NCBI RefSeq assembly: GCF_037042905.1
Contig: NC_087255.1
Coordinates: 10,416,001-10,480,000 of the forward strand
Origin: Lytechinus pictus
Taxonomy: Eukaryota
Direction of reading: 5' to 3'
Length of the DNA: 64,000 nt
How positions within the stretch are numbered: position 1 is the stretch's first letter; the number at the start of each line of letters is the position of its first letter. The notes under the pieces were generated by a model. It ran no database searches. It was not told the DNA's origin and worked only from the letters and a program-made list of their open reading frames with translations. Made by a program: the position numbers and the translations under genes. Positions 25,987 through 39,593 of this stretch are shown one piece after another.

Positions 25987-26382
25987 AGGGTCAATTGCAG
26001 AAAGAGTTGAGATCAAATGCAACTCATTTTCAACCATTTAAAAGAATTTAGGACTTGTTTGATTTTTTAGTTGCAATCAAATGCAAATTGATTCCTCTTT
26101 AGTTGCAATCAAACACATCTTGATGTTATTTAGTTGCAATCAAACACAACTTGATGTTTTTGTTTGCGATCAAACGCAAACTTGATTTTTTTTTTAGTTT
26201 CAATCAAACGCAACTTGATTTTTTTTGTTGCAATCAATCAAAACTTTTTTTTTTTTTTTTTTTTTGTTGCAGTCAAATGCAACTTGAGTTTTATTTTTAG
26301 TTGCAATCAAATGGCACTAGATTTTTAACCATGTAATTAGCCATTAAATTTGAATTTTTGAGTTGCGTTTGAGCAACTTTTT
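25987..26382. repeat. MITE-like element with internal ~30-bp tandem units (agttgcaatcaaacgcaacttga)
   Basis: About 9 degenerate units separated by T runs; related short copy near 19710-19858. Confidence 0.6.
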
Positions 26383-26795
26383 TCTACATCTGGCCCTTGT
26401 TCAAATACATAATGCTTAACAGCACAAATACTTTGATAGTTGATGTTAAACACATAATAATACACATAGATAAGGCTTGAGCTTGTTTTATAAATAATTT
26501 ATGCAACTCTGTGATATAAACATACAGTGCATAACAATCAAATAGGAAATAATGCATATCAAATCTCATGAATAAAACTTTAAGAACATTGTTACATTTC
26601 ATTGTAATGTTGTATTGCATATTGACAATCTAAATGGCCAAACTTTTTATAGTTCATTGAAATAGAATGATGGAAAATGTAATAATATATTTTATACATT
26701 GTAGAGTATTTTAATATTTGGTAAATAAATGGTATACTTCATTATCTCTCTGTGTGGTAAATGTATCATTTTTTTATGTGTAACATTAAAATGAA

Positions 26796-28528
26796 CTAGA
26801 ATTTTAATTCGTCATGAGGACGAATTAGGTGATCTGTCTCTTATTTCATGATCAGGAAGACAATCAGCATGTTTATTGAGATCTATATGATCATCATGAT
26901 GAAAACTGAACTTCTCTTACGAAAAGAACGTGTTGAATACTCTTGAAAAAGAGGGAAATGAAAAAGTTGTGTGAAAAAGTGTAGGTCATACACATATTGA
27001 ACAGGAACATTGTACATTAAAAGGGATTTTAATATCTTTTATTGTCCAATGTTTTATTTTATATACATTGTAATGGTCATAAAGGACCATTTGTGATATG
27101 TTAAAAAGAAAAAAAAAAATTCTCATGTTCACCCCTGGGCTCGAACCCTGGACCCTAAGCACGCAAGTCTGATGCCTTATCAACTGAGCTACACTATTTC
27201 CCATAGACTTTACACATAAGCACTATTTCCCATAGACTTTACACATAAGCAAATTAAGAGGATCTCAAATCCAATTTTGCAAGAGAAATACGGGCATGAT
27301 CCCGGCATCTGATCGGAAAATGAAGACCACACTACTGGCGATAGCTTACAATCTCAGCTACAACATACTCCAAGCTCAGAGAAAACCGACAAAAAAAAAA
27401 TGGAGATATGGCTCACGAAATAGAGGAATGTAAAATCCAGTTTTGAGAAAAAGTCATTTCCCATAGAGATTGCACACAAAATGAGCGAAAATGACATGTC
27501 TCTATAACTTGCAATTTTTCAGGATGATTCGTTCCTTTAAATGTAAATATAGCCATCAAATTAGAAAGAGTATGTCCTCAGCTACAACATATTGAAAACT
27601 GAGCAAAAATTGACCAATATTTATGGAGTTAGAGTCAAATATGCATAATTATGATGACGTCATAAGTAGCAAAATGGGAATTTTGTGTTCCGACGCCATT
27701 TTGATGACGTCATGATAAAATTTTGGGTCAAATGTGACATGAAATCATATCTCCCATCCATACTCTATTCGAATATGAAAAAAAAATTGGGGGTCAACGG
27801 ACTTCCTGAAGAGCTATAATGAATTTTGTATAGGCATGTTTTTGCACATATATTGTCTATGGTTAGTGCGCGCGCGCGCACGTGCTGTAAACTTTGATGG
27901 AGGCTAATTCCGTTATTACTTGTCGTAGAAGGTTGATCAAGGCATCAAATTGTTCAGAATTATATTGTCGGTGCATTGATATGAAAAAAAATAGCGATCC
28001 TATGTTGCATAGTGCCGTTACGCGCGAGAACGCGCGCGTAACCGTGCGCGCGCGCAGATTTTTGAAATGCTTAAAATGACCTGATTCATACTCTACTTTG
28101 GTCAAAAAGTGATTTTGAACATTTTAAAATTTTGACGCGCGCGTACGCGCACGTCGTGACCTTTACATGACCTTTGATGACATGGACAGTTGACCCTTGA
28201 CTTGAAGTTAATGTGATGTATATATGGTTAATTTTTGATAATTGATAATGAAGATATGATTGATTATGTGATTTTACAAAATGGCGTCTAGATGACGTCA
28301 CGATGACCTTTTGACCTTGAACTTGTTTCATACAGATGACAGGATAGGTCCCCATATCTGATGATATTTTGAAGATAATTGATAATGTAGGTTTGGAGAT
28401 TTTATGGTAACAAGAAAAGGGTGGAAAAATAAAAATGAAGAAATAAATAAATAAATAAATAATAAATAAAAAAGAAAATTCTTACGAAATTAATAGTTGA
28501 TCTGTCCATTGACAGATCACCTAATAAT
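26796..28528 (-). mobile_element. Non-autonomous Helentron/HINE (DINE-1-like) element
   Basis: On the minus strand: subTIR attaggtgatctgtc followed by a short inverted copy and an (ATTT)n tract. The matching subTIR is at 26824-26838, then a hairpin aattcgtc-ctcat-gacgaatt and a CTAG end. Confidence 0.7.
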
Positions 28529-28793
28529 ACTTAAATATCTGCAATTAACTTTCGAGGTGTATGTAAAAAGGTACAAGTATTGGGGCTTTCTGTACCATAA
28601 TTTTTTTAATGTGAGCCAGGATTCAATATTTTCAGATCATGGGACTTTTCATAAAAGAGAATTGAATATCAACCAGTAGCACATACATTTATCATATTCA
28701 ATCAAATAATTCTGCACTCCATTAATACAGAAATACAAGGCATCAGGGGAAGTCATATGTTGATATGCCCTTAAAATCACACACAAGTTTTAA

Positions 28794-29261
28794 AGGGGAA
28801 GTTCACCCTGACAAGTAAAAAGCAGAAAAAATAATAAAACATATTGCCGAAGGTTTGAGAAAATCCATCAAAGAATAAAAAGTTATGAGAATTTTAATTA
28901 CTTATTTTGTGACGTCATATGCAAGCAGCTTTCCTACATATCATATGGTAAAAATCAATTAAATTTAATTTTCTCAGAAAATTTATAAAGGTTTTTGCTG
29001 TACCTTCACTATATCAAGAGAAAAATCATTTCACATCCACACCTAAAAAGAAAACAAAGAGAAGTCATCAGGAACCATCCAAAAATTGAAATTCATGCAT
29101 TCTATATTACATAACATATGGGGCAGCTGCTTGTTTATGCCGTCACAACTCCAAAACTTAAAATTCTAATAACTTTCTTAACCTTTAATGGATTTTGCTC
29201 AAACCTTCACCTATATTTTTTCTGCTATTTTTACAAACTTTTTTCAGAATGAACTTCCCCG
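28794..29261. mobile_element. TTAA-flanked non-autonomous DNA transposon (Kolobok/piggyBac-like)
   Basis: TTAA|aggggaagttca ... tgaacttccccg|TTAA with long imperfect inverted arms. Confidence 0.75.
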
Positions 29262-29683
29262 TTAAGCAGTATAATGATGTCAAAATTGACCCAATATCAC
29301 TCCCTCCCCCCCCCCCCCCGTGTCATCTAAGTTGGGATTTAACTAGACATACTTTTAAAAAATTAGGACTTTTAGACCTATATACCCCACCCACCCCCAA
29401 AGGAACACTCTAAATCAATGAAATGAAATTGATCTTAATTAAACTCTGACAGTATATCTTACAATATCTATGAGGAAAAATATTTTTTTAAAGAAGATAC
29501 ATTCATCTGACAAACTATTGACATATCCAAACAGTATAAACATGAAAAATTGAAAGACTGAACATAAATTTTTCACTTGGTAATACTGGAAAAAATTAGA
29601 GAGGAGGTCATAAAGAATTTTTACAAATGGGCTACCAAATTTTGATATGTAAAGTGATTGCTAAGCTAAAAGCTTAGATTTAT

Positions 29684-29982
29684 GGGCCCGTATTCTGAAG
29701 CCAGGTTTAACTTAGATCACGGTCTAACTCTGTGCTAAAATTAGAAAGCCAAAAATTATGTTTATATTGCATATTTTGTATGTTTACTATTCTGTTTCCT
29801 TTCGCTTTCATAATGAAGAAAAATACTTCAGTTACCATTCACAGACAATTTGGGTGTCATATGAGTTAATAAATTGGATGTGTTCTCTTAGGGATTTGTA
29901 CCCCTATTGGCTCTCCATAGTTAAACCACAACTTTAAACCAGGGTTTAATTAATTAATTTAAACCCAGCTCAGAATACGGGC
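29684..29982. mobile_element. MITE (TIR ggcccgtattctg)
   Basis: ggcccgtattctgaag ... cagaatacgggcc; second copy at 38015-38317. Confidence 0.75.
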
Positions 29983-31351
29983 CTTAGTGTAGAAATATTT
30001 CAGCAATATCAATTTCAAGAACATCTAATGTAAACTAAGATCAACTTTGGAAAGCCACAACTGTCACAACTCTTTGAATAGAAGGTGGGCACACTCACCC
30101 TCAACATAAATAATGCCGATTTTTAAATCATATAACATAGAACATTTATGAATGAGTTTTTTCATGCATACTAGATGATTAAGAATGTGAGCAACCACAG
30201 TATTTGTGACACAAGGCCCTCACACCCAATTAGCTGGCTTGTGGCTGCATTTAAGTCAGGTTTTATAATCCTTCGTGTAGGTCATCCCATAGTGATCATG
30301 ACCAAGTAATCACATTACAGCATCTATTAAAATACAAACACAATTGCATTCCATGAATTGCTCGATGTGAGGTTATCTATATTGATCTATAGATGAATTG
30401 ATTGAAGTTGACTGGTTTGAGGGCTTACAGAAAGTCAACAAAGGTCAAATTAACTGCATGTAACCCCTTTCCCCAACACATACATACCAAAGTTTTCTCC
30501 TAAAAATATTTTATATTGCTGAAAAGCAGCCCTAGGGACGGTGATTTTCTGTTTTACCGGTAAATAAAACCGAAAATTCTGTTTGGTTCTTATACTTTTC
30601 ATGTAAAAATTCATGGAATTCACCTTTGCAAAACAAATTAAGGTTTTTGCTGTTTACATTTTCAGTGATAAAACAGAATTTCAATTTTTAGATCAAGTTG
30701 AAACGGAATTACAGATTTTCAGAAACAGGAAAGACAATTTTTTGAAAAGGAAAATCACTGTCTCTATAGCCCCCACCCTATCTCTCACCTTTAGGCAAAA
30801 ATACCTTTTTTTCATTAACTATTATTATATAATCTCCCTCTACACTATATATTGGACACCACAAGGTCGTATGATATTGATTTCCCCCCCCCCCCCCCCC
30901 AATAATAAACACATGGGGGTAATGCTTAATTTTATGGAAAATCTATAATGAAGTGGTTGGACAACATTTCATGTAATAAAAAAAATGTCTCTTGTATCAG
31001 AAATCCAATTAAGGATTTGCATAGATATTGGACGGATAGAAATTCAGATCATCAGCTAATGGCGGGTAGTCTCTTCATATAAACTCTTTATACATTTCTC
31101 TTTTTTTCTCTCTCTCTTTCTCACCCACACATACACACACCATCACAAACACACCCTACATAATGTACAGACACACACTGAGTTTAATGGAAAACATGAT
31201 CCCTCAATTTTAAAACACTTCATTCAAAGACAAGATGAATTGGATATATACATCAATAAAGTTCATGGAACGTACAATAACCATTTGCACTTTGTCAACT
31301 TGTTAGATCTTTGTGGGTCATTCTATTTTCATTTGCATCTGGAACATTCCT

Positions 31352-31632
31352 GGGCCCCGTCTTACAAAGAGTTGCGATTGATCTGATCAATTGCAACTAT
31401 GGATGGCCAGCAACATCAACATCTAATGCATGTTTGTTCAAAATATTTCCTAACTACGATCATGTATATTCATGCATTCATTGTTTTCTTGAAAATTCAC
31501 TGCGCTTCTCTTTGCATAGTATGCATACAAAGGACATTGTGCAAATTTTTCGTCCAAAAATTGAGGTATGGATGGATTTCCATAGAGTTACAATTGATCG
31601 GATCAATCGTAACTCTTTGTAAGACTGGGCCC
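31352..31632. mobile_element. MITE (TIR gggccccgtcttacaaagagtt)
   Basis: Clear TIRs flanked by ctg on both sides; same family as 2669-3205. Confidence 0.8.
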
Positions 31633-32977
31633 TGAACTAGACCAATACCTTACAGGTACTGGGCCATCTCGATACTTATCCACATTCACTTGATACGCTT
31701 CTATTCCAAAGGAGTATTCCAGAGGGAATTGTTTAAACTCCAAGTGGCTCTATCATAACACACACTGAATTTCCTGCCACAGACCCATGACTATTAGAAT
31801 AGTCTTGACAATATACCTTTTTTTTTTTAAAACCATCAGAAATCATCCTGGCATTTGATCTTTACTATGATAGGGACCATACTGTAAATATATTCTAATC
31901 TCTTTTTGGTGCAAGTGAGAAACAGAATGAGAAACAGATTATCCTCAATGTAGTCGGCATACATCATAAGACTAATTAATCAAAAGTTTATCTTTTATGA
32001 ACATTCATTTGATATGTTGTTGTGGGGATAGGTGCCTTCCTCCTCCTACTTCAACCTTTATACACATGTTATTGCTTGACTCGATCCAAAATGGTCCTAC
32101 GATTACACGGTATGGACTTTCATGTATGCTGGCTTTTTTTTCCGCATACAAAGAAAATTTTATCCATTTAAGATGGCTCATCATCCCCAGCTCTTAACTT
32201 CTAGGGGGCATTTCATGAAAAGTTTTGTCAGTGATTTTCACCGACTTCTTTGCTCTCAGCCAATCAGATGCATTGGTTTGCAGTAGCTTATAACAATGAG
32301 ATAGTGAAAATTATTGACTCTAAGTTTTGTGAAATGGTCACTTGGTACCCTGTGCATCCCTAACCTACATAAAAAGTAGTAATGACTAGGCTCCGTTAGA
32401 CAAAGAAACTGCAATGGACTTTTACACTTTAAAGCCACTTGACCAATGTGTGGCAATCAATCTGGCATTACATAAGCTGGCAGAGAGTGAGTTTGTCTAT
32501 TGGACGTGCTCGTGACCAGTAGGGTCAACTGTCTGTCTTTATTTCCAAAAGCAAACAGTTCAAGTAAGAATACCTTCTTTGGGGAAGTGACAGTCCCCTC
32601 TTGTAAATATCTGCATCTGAACACACACACATTCAAGAACCCTTGAGTTTGATGTTACCAGATGATATTGATTCAGACCTCATCAGTAGCTAAGAGTGGC
32701 ATCACACACATCCTGAACATGTCCTTGAAGCATCATATTCTGACTTTTCCAAAGACTCGAGCAGGATCACACATCTTGAGGACATCTTTGAATCATCAAG
32801 TTTGACTTCTCTCGAGACTTGAACATGGTCAAGCATCCTGTACATGTCTTTGAATCAGCAAATTCCAACTTCTTCTGACATCCGAGCGAGATAAAACGCA
32901 TTTGTAGCATCTAATTCCGACTTCGCATGAGACTTGAGCAAGCACACTCATCCTGCGCATGTCTTTAAAGCGTGACA

Positions 32978-33374
32978 TCACCTACTCTGCTTTGCTTCAA
33001 GTACCCTGTGCCTGAACCTCCCTGATCCCCCGCTGCCGGACCTTCCCGCAGGAGGCCTTGCCGAAGACGGTGGCGACGGTTGCATCCTCGTCGGCGAGTC
33101 CGGCCCGCCACCGCGCAAGCTCGAGATCGGGGACCTCGGTTTGTTTGACAGTTCGCTCCTGGACGATATTGACGGCTTAGTGCCAGCACTGCTAGTTCTA
33201 TTTGAGTTTGTCTCTTGGGAGAGGTCCGGGTCGGTGGCACGACGGGACGGTGGCATCTTGTGGATTGCTTTGACAGGCGCAACTCTCCCAGCGCTACCGG
33301 CCGATGGAGGAGGTGATGGACGGAGCTTGGCACTTCCAGAAGATGTCGGACTAAGAGGACTTGGAAGTCTCCGA
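32978..33374 (-). CDS. CCDC24: CCDC24-like, coding exon 8 (last; Ser/Pro-rich tail)
   Basis: Acceptor ttcattacag|T (phase 2); reads NRRLPSPLSP...RFRHRVLEAKQSR*. Confidence 0.82.
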
Positions 33375-33869
33375 CTGTAATGAAAGATAAATAGAACACC
33401 AGTTGAGAGTTTTAAGACATTTTTAGTGAGAAAATGTACAAAAACAATTATTCTCCCCTTATAGGAAAACTGAATTCTGAGTGAATATCCAGCCATAGTC
33501 CTCTGTATGTTAGGGTAGTCTTCATATATAAACCCTTCCATCAAACAATTTGGAATATCTTTAGAATTTTGGTTTTTAAAAAATGATAAAGTCAATCCTT
33601 ACTGTAAGAACAAGAATGTTTGGAAGCATACTTTAAACATTTAATTCTTGGTCCATTTTTGTGGTGTAAATATTTACAAGATTAAAAGAAAAATATTAAT
33701 CATAGTATTGGGTTGATATCTTCAGACTACAAGATCGAAATGTTGCACCAATGGTGAGGATCCGGGTCTTTATGTGAAGTTTAGATCTTAAGCTGGCATT
33801 GATCAAAATGCCTGTGGCATACTGCCTTTAAATGTGCTGCAAAGGGTTTAATAACTTTGTAAGACTTAC

Positions 33870-33987
33870 TTAGGCGAGTTTGGCAAGCTTCTGTTCCGTG
33901 TCCTTACGGAATTCATGACACCAACAGAGGTTGGGGGCGGAGCACTTTGAACCTCTTTCTCCAATTTCTTTCTCTCCTCTTTCAATT
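33870..33987 (-). CDS. CCDC24: CCDC24-like, coding exon 7
   Basis: cttgtag|AA ... AA|gtaagt; ELKEERKKLEKEV coiled coil. Confidence 0.88.
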
Positions 33988-34160
33988 CTACAAGATAGAT
34001 GAAACAAATAATAAAGTTTACAAATGTATTCATTAAACAATGTACCATCACATTTTGTGTGATAGTTTCTGAAGTTTCAAATATTTTTAACAATTAAGGT
34101 ATATCACTCCACTTTTTATGGTGCTTAATACGTAGGGTCAACATTTCAACATCCAACACA

Positions 34161-34350
34161 CAGAGATGCCAACCTAAATAAGAACATTTCAGTATTTTGG
34201 TGAAGAAATAAGTATTTTCAGAGAAAGACCATAGGACAACACATAAAACTGAAACTTTAGAAATCAGTATTTTGCATGAAACCACTGGTCAGTATTCTTT
34301 TCCATTTTTCAGTAATAATTACTGAAAACCAGTACGACTTGGCAGCTCTG
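34161..34350. mobile_element. 190-bp hAT-like MITE with 6-bp TSD
   Basis: TIR cagagatgccaa / ttggcagctctg; AACACA duplicated at 34155-34160 and 34351-34356. Confidence 0.7.
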
Positions 34351-34747
34351 AACACACCAATGAAAGATGAATGTGTTTAGCTAATGTGCATGATCATTAG
34401 AGAAACTAGAGAGGTAATCGCTCCGCAATACTTTTCTGGATTATTGCAATATGCACTTGCCATGTCCACACAGTACTCAACACACTTGAAAATGTGTCTT
34501 GCACATCTTCACTCTAAGACATATGTACAGTATGTGTCAAATCCAATGAGCAAAAACTGATGAAGAACTTGGTCGCACAAGATTTTTTTTCTGATTCACT
34601 ACCATAAATTGCTGTTACAATATAAATACGCTACCCTACACATAGGTAAAACAAGTCTCGCACGTCTTCACTCCAAGACGGATATGTGTGCCTAGATTCT
34701 TGAGCACTGGTCAAAAACTGAGGAAGTAGCTCGCTCTGCAAGATTAC

Positions 34748-34878
34748 CTTGTATTGAAGGCTCTCTGCTGACTATGGACATCCTGGACTGACTCCTGTAA
34801 TCACTCTCATCTTCCAGACATCCCTGGAGGAATACTGAATCCTTGAGAAGCTGGGAGATCTCATCCTCTAACATGGAT
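34748..34878 (-). CDS. CCDC24: CCDC24-like, coding exon 6
   Basis: tttgatag|A ... G|gtaatc; RSMLEDEISQLLKDSVFLQGCLEDE resembles the CCDC24 'LQ.CLE.E' segment. Confidence 0.9.
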
Positions 34879-34897
34879 CTATCAAAGAAGGAAAGAG

Positions 34898-35196
34898 TAA
34901 TAATAATAATAATAATAATATGTCCATTTATATAGCGCAGTTACTATGTGCATATACTCAACTGCGCTTTGATACTTGGTATATTGTTACCCCGGCTGTA
35001 GCTAAGCCGCCATATTAATAGGCGCTAAAGCGTTCAAGGAATAAATCCTACCAGGTACCCATTCACCTTACCTGGGTCGAGTGCAGCACAATGTGGATAA
35101 ATTTCTTGCCGAAGGAAATTACGCCATGGCTGGGATTTGAACCCACGACCCTCTGTTTCAAAGTCCGGAGACTAATTCACTGGGCCACAACGCTCC
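34898..35196 (-). mobile_element. tRNA-derived SINE, full length
   Basis: Minus strand: ggagcgttgtggcccagtg (A box), gggttcaaatccc (B box), ctcgacccagg..gaatgggtacc core, gcgctatataaat tail and (TTA)n. Confidence 0.85.
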
Positions 35197-35649
35197 ACGT
35201 TGCAAGGTTGCAAGGTTAATGCAATGAAACAAATTGCCACTTTGCTGTTAAAACCTTCTCTCTCAATATCTAAAAAATTAGAAGACAGCTCAGAAAAAGC
35301 CATAGTTTAGAAATGTGACATAAGGAACAACCTTACTTTGCCTAGGAAGAGTTCTATTCAGGAATTAGACTGTTTTCAGATGGTATAAGGTTGCTACCAT
35401 AACCATATTTCTGAAATACATTTCTTTCTGAGCTGTAAGTAGGTCTACTTTTTAGTGATTTCTGAATCTTGATGGTTCGAACCATTTGATTGTTTACCCT
35501 GGTGAACATTCAAATGACAAAAAGGGTACTCGTCTCAGGCCTAATGTATTTCTGTAAAGAGCTTAATTAGATACGTCATTCCGATGTGGTAAGCACAACA
35601 GAAAAGTAGAATACTATTGTAACTGCCTTTAAAAGAAAGATGATCCTAC

Positions 35650-35742
35650 CTGAGTTGGTTTGTCACCTCATCTATCCGTAGTATGTTGAGTTGGTCCTTT
35701 ACAGCATCTACCTGGTCACTGACTGTTGATGTGGCTGACATT
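35650..35742 (-). CDS. CCDC24: CCDC24-like, coding exon 5
   Basis: attttcag|A ... AG|gtagga; VDAVKDQLNILRIDEVTNQLR resembles the CCDC24 'KLN...ID.V...LR' segment. Confidence 0.9.
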
Positions 35743-36088
35743 CTGAAAATAATCGTAAAAGGAAGAAAGATGTTGAAGATCAGAAATCTCTTTAATTTAC
35801 ATTTAAATGTCTGCATTGTATAAGCATGCATGCTTTCAGTGAATGCAATAAGGTGTAAAGATGGAGACCCGGGCAATTTACAAAGAGTTGCAATCAACCA
35901 AACCTTGCTGTAAATTGTCATCATTGCGGTATTATTACCATCAACAAACATAAAAGCTCAACTCTTCTTTTAAATTCATATTTGAATCCACATATGAACA
36001 TGGACATGGAGAGTGTGCTAATATAGATATACAATGTATATTGTTATCAATTATCATCATCGCCATCAACATTCTCAACATCATAATC

Positions 36089-36297
36089 NNNNNNNNNNNN
36101 NNNNNNNNNNNNNNNNNNNNNNNNNNNNNNNNNNNNNNNNNNNNNNNNNNNNNNNNNNNNNNNNNNNNNNNNNNNNNNNNNNNNNNNNNNNNNNNNNNNN
36201 NNNNNNNNNNNNNNNNNNNNNNNNNNNNNNNNNNNNNNNNNNNNNNNNNNNNNNNNNNNNNNNNNNNNNNNNNNNNNNNNNNNNNNNNNNNNNNNNN
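36089..36297. other. N run (gap or masked simple repeat)
   Basis: 209 Ns following a (CAT)-like repeat. Confidence 0.95.
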
Positions 36298-36491
36298 ATG
36301 ACAACTCTCAACTTTAAAGGGATACTATCGTGTATTTTCATGGGGAACTGACACCATTCGGATATAAATCACCAAGAGTAGAATGAGATTTATGTCCACA
36401 TTATAACGACATTAACGACATTATAATGGCACAGGATATTGCCTAATGGTAAAGTGATTATTTCAAGCTCAAGTAGCCTAAGAGTTTCTCT

Positions 36492-36888
36492 AGGGCCGTC
36501 TGCACCAGCCCGAGTTTTCAAATTAGCGCGCTATTTCTGATCCGGCAAATTATCCCGATCTGATCTCGAGATTATTTGTAATGGAGACGTAATTATCGCG
36601 CTAGTTCGTAGGATTAATCTCGAGATTGCAATCCCAGGTCAACTTGGGATTATGTGCAAAATAGCGCGCTATTTTACGAATTATCCTGCTAATTCGCAGG
36701 TGCAGACGCACTCGGGATTATTTATTCACGGCGCCAGACCATAATGCATTGATGCCTCGCTCGAGCAGGAATTCCACTTCTTGCGATGGTGGAGACGGGG
36801 TTTCTTGAATCTCGAGATTAATTGCAAAGAGGGCCGATTGGGCTAAAATCTCGAGAATGAGCAAACTTGGGCTGGTGCAGCACCGCCT
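36492..36888. mobile_element. Harbinger-like MITE
   Basis: Inverted ends gggccgtctgcaccagcccgagttt / aaacttgggctggtgcagcaccgcc, flanked by tag. Confidence 0.65.
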
Positions 36889-37406
36889 AGTGGGACATCA
36901 GGCTTTTTCCCTCCAAAAGACGTCTCAGCGACAGGCTATTTCCAATGCTTTTCACAAAGTCTAGGGTCAGCAAATAATTATCAACTCCATAAATACCAGT
37001 TGTGGTAACGATCTCAAAATAAGTTCCAACAGAATCCATTGAAATTACCACCAAAGTGTTTGTGTGTATAAATTTTTTTAAATGTGCCAAATAGCTCTGG
37101 AAGAAAATGCGTAATTGCTGAGAAATGAGCAAAATAAGCACAGAATTCCATCAAATATCAGGTTTTTTTGAAGCAATATTAATACTGTCCCACACATGCC
37201 TTTTTGTATTAGTGATCATTAGAATTATCTGTTTTCAGCTACGATCACATGATTTCACAAAGGTAAGTTTATTTCAATGTACCGGATCTAGATCTATCAT
37301 TTATATGGTGGCATTTAACCTTGATTTTATAGACTTTCTCATGAAATTATTGTTTGCTGTAGCTACTTTCCTTTCCCTTTAAATAAATGTTATAAAGCAG
37401 ACTTAC

Positions 37407-37509
37407 CCATCACTGTCACTGCTTGGTGTCATCCTCATGGGGGTCTCTCTTCCATCTCTACTGCTCCTAGAACTACCAGGTCTCTGGAAGCCTAGTCCTG
37501 GACTAGTAC
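37407..37509 (-). CDS. CCDC24: CCDC24-like, coding exon 4
   Basis: ttcctcgtag|GT ... GG|gtaagt; STSPGLGFQRPGSSRSSRDGRETPMRMTPSSDSDG; phases 1/2 fit the neighbouring exons. Confidence 0.85.
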
Positions 37510-37621
37510 CTACGAGGAACAAAATCATAAAGCACTTTAAAACCTCTCTGAAGCTTTAGCAAAGGTTCAATTATTATAATATTTTGGGCGGCTCAGAATG
37601 GGATACAAGGAATATTCCACA

Positions 37622-37923
37622 AGTTAGAGAATATTGCAGGAATGGAGAAGAGCGCAATATAGGCCCTAACAATAAAATAAATTTTTGGTAACCTACGAAG
37701 AGAGGCCATCAAAACCTCAATCATTATCCATTAGCCCACGCAATATGGCATGACACTGAACAATAATGATAATGCCAATGGGAAATTTTGCAGTTAGAGA
37801 ATATTGCAGGAATGGAGAAGAGCGCAATATTGGCCCTAACAAATAAAGTAAATTTTTGGTAACCTACGAAGAGAGGCCATCAAAACTTCAATCATTATCC
37901 ATTAGCCCATGCAATATGGCATG
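37622..37923. repeat. Tandem duplication, ~171-bp period, 2 copies
   Basis: agttagagaatattgcaggaatggagaagagcgcaatat...gcaatatggcatg at about 37622 and 37793. Confidence 0.85.
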
Positions 37924-38014
37924 CAAATGAACTGTAATGCCTATGGGAAATTTGGGAGATTTTGGTGCATCATTCATTACATGGCTCTGATATTTGACAC
38001 ACAAGTCATACAAT

Positions 38015-38317
38015 GGCCGGTATTCTGAAGTCGGGTTTAACTTTAAACTCAGGTTTGAAGTTGTGGTTTAAGTATGGGAAGCCAAAAGTATCAAAATTTT
38101 TATTAAATTGTATGTTTCCTGTGCTCTTTCCTGATTTATCGATGGTGAAGGCAATAATATATTTATACTTCCTAGACAATTATGAATGATTTGAGAGCCA
38201 AATGAGCTGAAGTATGATATCTCTACTGTTAGTGATTTATGTAACAATTGGCTATCCATGCTAAAACCACAACTTTAAACCTGAGTTTAAGTTAAACCTG
38301 CTATCAGAATACGGGCC
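38015..38317. mobile_element. MITE (same family as 29684-29982)
   Basis: ggccggtattctgaag ... cagaatacgggcc with ~50-bp inverted arms. Confidence 0.75.
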
Positions 38318-38452
38318 AGGGGGTCACTGCCATTGGACATTGTCCTGATAAAAAGGCAGTCTGATCAAGGATTCAAGGGCAGGCCACTACGACACTCTAA
38401 AGAAAGATTTTATGCAGGTGTCCGAGATTTGCACACTCTACAAAGGGATGGA

Positions 38453-38645
38453 GGCGCGATAGCTCAGTCGGTAGAGCGGGGGATTCGTATTCCGGTGACC
38501 CGGGTTCGATTCCCACTTGGTGCACTAGTGCCCTTTGGTAAGGCATTAATCCTCAGTACCAGGTCCTTCGGAGAGGACCTTAAGCCATCGGTCCTCTGGT
38601 TGCTTGCTTACAAACATTCATGCTTTCTTAGCAATCAGTTAAAAA
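38453..38645 (+). mobile_element. tRNA-derived SINE
   Basis: ggcgcgatagctcagtcggtagagc ... gggttcgattccc followed by SINE body gtgccctttggtaaggcattaatcc; anticodon stem unpaired. Confidence 0.75.
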
Positions 38646-39593
38646 AATCACCACCAATACCAATTTCATTACACCCCTTTTCCATGTTTTTTTTTAATTC
38701 TCACAAATGCTTTCAATTGTCCAATGGCAGTGATTCCCCCCCCCCCCCCCCATCATGCAGACCAAAGACCAAAATATAGACTTTTAATACACTGCTGAAA
38801 GGCCTTGTATTTAGATAATCATGCAAATGACATTAGAGTACCATCAAATATTCAAATTTTACAGAAGTGTAGAGACACTGAACTAATTTTACATCCACTG
38901 ATTCTTTGTGAAAGTTACATTTTACCTTTGAAGACAAAAAAAAAAACACCCTCTCTTAACCTAGTGTCTCAATTACTGAACTAATACCATTATATTATAA
39001 TAACACTAATCAAACTAAATACGGTCATTAGAAAATAATAAATTCTTCACTTATATCTATACATAAATGTATCTACTGGCACCACATCAACAATATATTT
39101 TCAGTTTTATGCTCAGGTATAAAGAACAGGCATAATATTCCCCTCCGAAAAGAAAATCTGAAAAGTAGCCAAGGGTGGCTAAGTCTTCGCCAAAGTCCAA
39201 GACACCCCGGTCGGGTTACAAGCTCTTGTATAGCAGTGAAATCGAAAGTGACTTTTCAAGGTGAGTCTGCATGATAGCTTTATCATTTGACTTTTAAAAA
39301 AAAACAGTAAAAAACAGCATGAGAATATTCTTGGGCAAAGGATTTCACGTAAAAAAATAATAACAATAAAAACTGAAAAAACAATTGAAACAAAAAAAAT
39401 TTAATTCGGAATTCCGATTTTAGTCGGGAGAATATCATGCCTGAAAGATATAAACCTCACATTGAATTAAAACATACATATACAATGAACTAAAGAGAGA
39501 AAAAAAAAAAAAAAAAAGGGAAATATTGAAAAGGTACATGCAAAGTGATTTGTACACAGGCATGTAATAATAGAAAGTGTTGATGTTTCTTAC

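Noticed and set aside
32690-32980. Selenocysteine/readthrough extension of CCDC24-like through successive in-frame TGAs
   Set aside because: The TGAs arise from a non-triplet repeat, no SECIS was recognised, and the peptide resembles nothing.
38453-38524. Functional tRNA genes here and at 754, 11275, 27120 and 35125
   Set aside because: Stems pair poorly and most continue into SINE bodies or tails; treated as tRNA-derived repeats.
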